DNA from: Paramecium tetraurelia
Taxonomy: Eukaryota
Assembly: GCA_000165425.1 (NCBI GenBank)
Contig: CT868067.1
Location: 124,001 to 144,165 of the forward strand
Length of the DNA: 20,165 nucleotides
Reading direction: 5' to 3'
The notes below the pieces were generated by a model. The model was given only the letters and a program-made list of their open reading frames with translations, was not told the origin of the DNA and did not search any database. The number at the start of each line of letters is the position of its first letter. The first letter of the stretch is position 1. A program made the position numbers and the translations under genes. Shown in pieces: positions 19,031 to 20,165 of this stretch.

Positions 19031-20165
19031 AAGATGCATATTTTTACATCTTCCATTGGTATTGCATTAGCATCTATAATTAGGAAGTTATGGAAATTTT
19101 TCATTAACTTTAGTTTACAAGTAGAATACAAATATTGTACTTAAGTTTAAAATGAGCAAATTCTTCTTAAGGAGAATATAATTAAGTAATAATTCAAGCT
19201 GAAATCTAATTTATACATGAGCTATATATTTTAGTGATTATAAATTAAAATGTAATTAGATTTGTTTTATATTATTTAATATTTATGAAAAATACTTTTA
19301 AATAATTTAATAATTACTATTGAGCAAATTTAAATACTCATAATCATTTCTTACAATCAAATTATGACCTTCCCAATTTAAAGAATCAAAAAACGTAGTT
19401 GAAACAACATAGATTTGAATTTGACAATTAAAAGAACACTTTTTAAGAACAAAAATGTGTAAATAAGGAGAGTTTTGAATTGATTTATTAAAGAAGAAAG
19501 CTTTTATACTTCATAAGAAAATGAAAGAGTATAAAAATGGAATTTTTGAATGATGGCATGCCATTACTTTAATAAAATTAGTAAATATATGAGTTGGACT
19601 AACATTTGAACGAATTCTTATACTATAAATTGGGAAAATGAATTTGGATGAATTTTATATTATTAATAGTTAAGTACTTACTTTTGAGTTGGAAATTATA
19701 AAGTAAAAGATTATTGTATATTTAAATTACTTTCTTTGATACAAAAAGAAAATGATTTACTAGAAATATGAAATACTTTATTATTCATAAATGAATCTTT
19801 AAATCACAAAATTAATAAACAACTCTCAAGATAAATTAGTGTAATTATTACTATAAATACAATCATTAAATAAGATATCATCTATTCCTTTTGATTTAAG
19901 ATTTAGGTTTGGAAGATAAATGTCATCAATATTTGATATAATTTTTAAATCAATTTTAGATGTCATATTAACCCAAATCCTTTTTCTTTATTTAGTTACT
20001 ACTAATCATATGAAAGAGAAAAAAAAAAAGAATAATTTTTGGAAAAAGAATATTCTAATACATTTAAAAATTTTCATCATCGAAGAGTTTTTGAAATGGA
20101 TTATTCTATACATCTAGAATCGACATATATAAGTTGTAATCAGAAATTATTATAAAAATTTGTGA

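Noticed and set aside
18943..19131. Minus-strand 62-aa ORF
   Set aside because: It has no recognisable domain and overlaps the plus-strand WD40 relic in antisense.
19920..20117. Plus-strand 65-aa ORF as an intact gene
   Set aside because: The protein-like signal switches frame around an A-run, and no family is recognisable.
1..20165. CRISPR arrays, tRNA/rRNA genes, telomeric repeats, transposons or IESs
   Set aside because: I saw no repeat-spacer pattern, structured RNA gene, telomeric tract or transposase motif. IESs cannot be called without a MAC/MIC comparison, and the intact genes need only normal introns.

Overview
This is AT-rich, gene-dense eukaryotic DNA from a ciliate, most likely Paramecium macronuclear DNA. 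Long reading frames appear only when TAA/TAG are read as Gln and TGA is the sole stop (genetic code 6). They are interrupted by tiny 21-28 nt GT..AG introns, so the supplied ORF track mostly shows fragments or antisense artefacts. Manual translation gives ten protein-coding genes: an EF-hand/Tyr-Pro/coiled-coil protein (5' truncated), an acylated MORN-repeat protein, a polytopic membrane protein, a CAMK-like pseudokinase, a ciliate two-TM (DEG/ENaC-like topology) protein, a ~1600-aa type I membrane protein, an AGC kinase with 7 introns, the ciliary protein EFHB/CFAP21, a small acidic type I membrane protein and a RING-CH (MARCH-like) E3 ligase. There are also decayed relics: an adenylosuccinate synthetase (purA/ADSS) pseudogene with a large internal deletion, a WD40-repeat pseudogene and weaker ORF remnants. 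I see no RNA genes, CRISPR arrays, telomeric repeats or intact mobile elements. I cannot support a clearly new biological system. The best leads are the head-to-head pair of a channel-like gene and a giant surface-protein gene, the pseudokinase, the purA relic and several unusual micro-introns.
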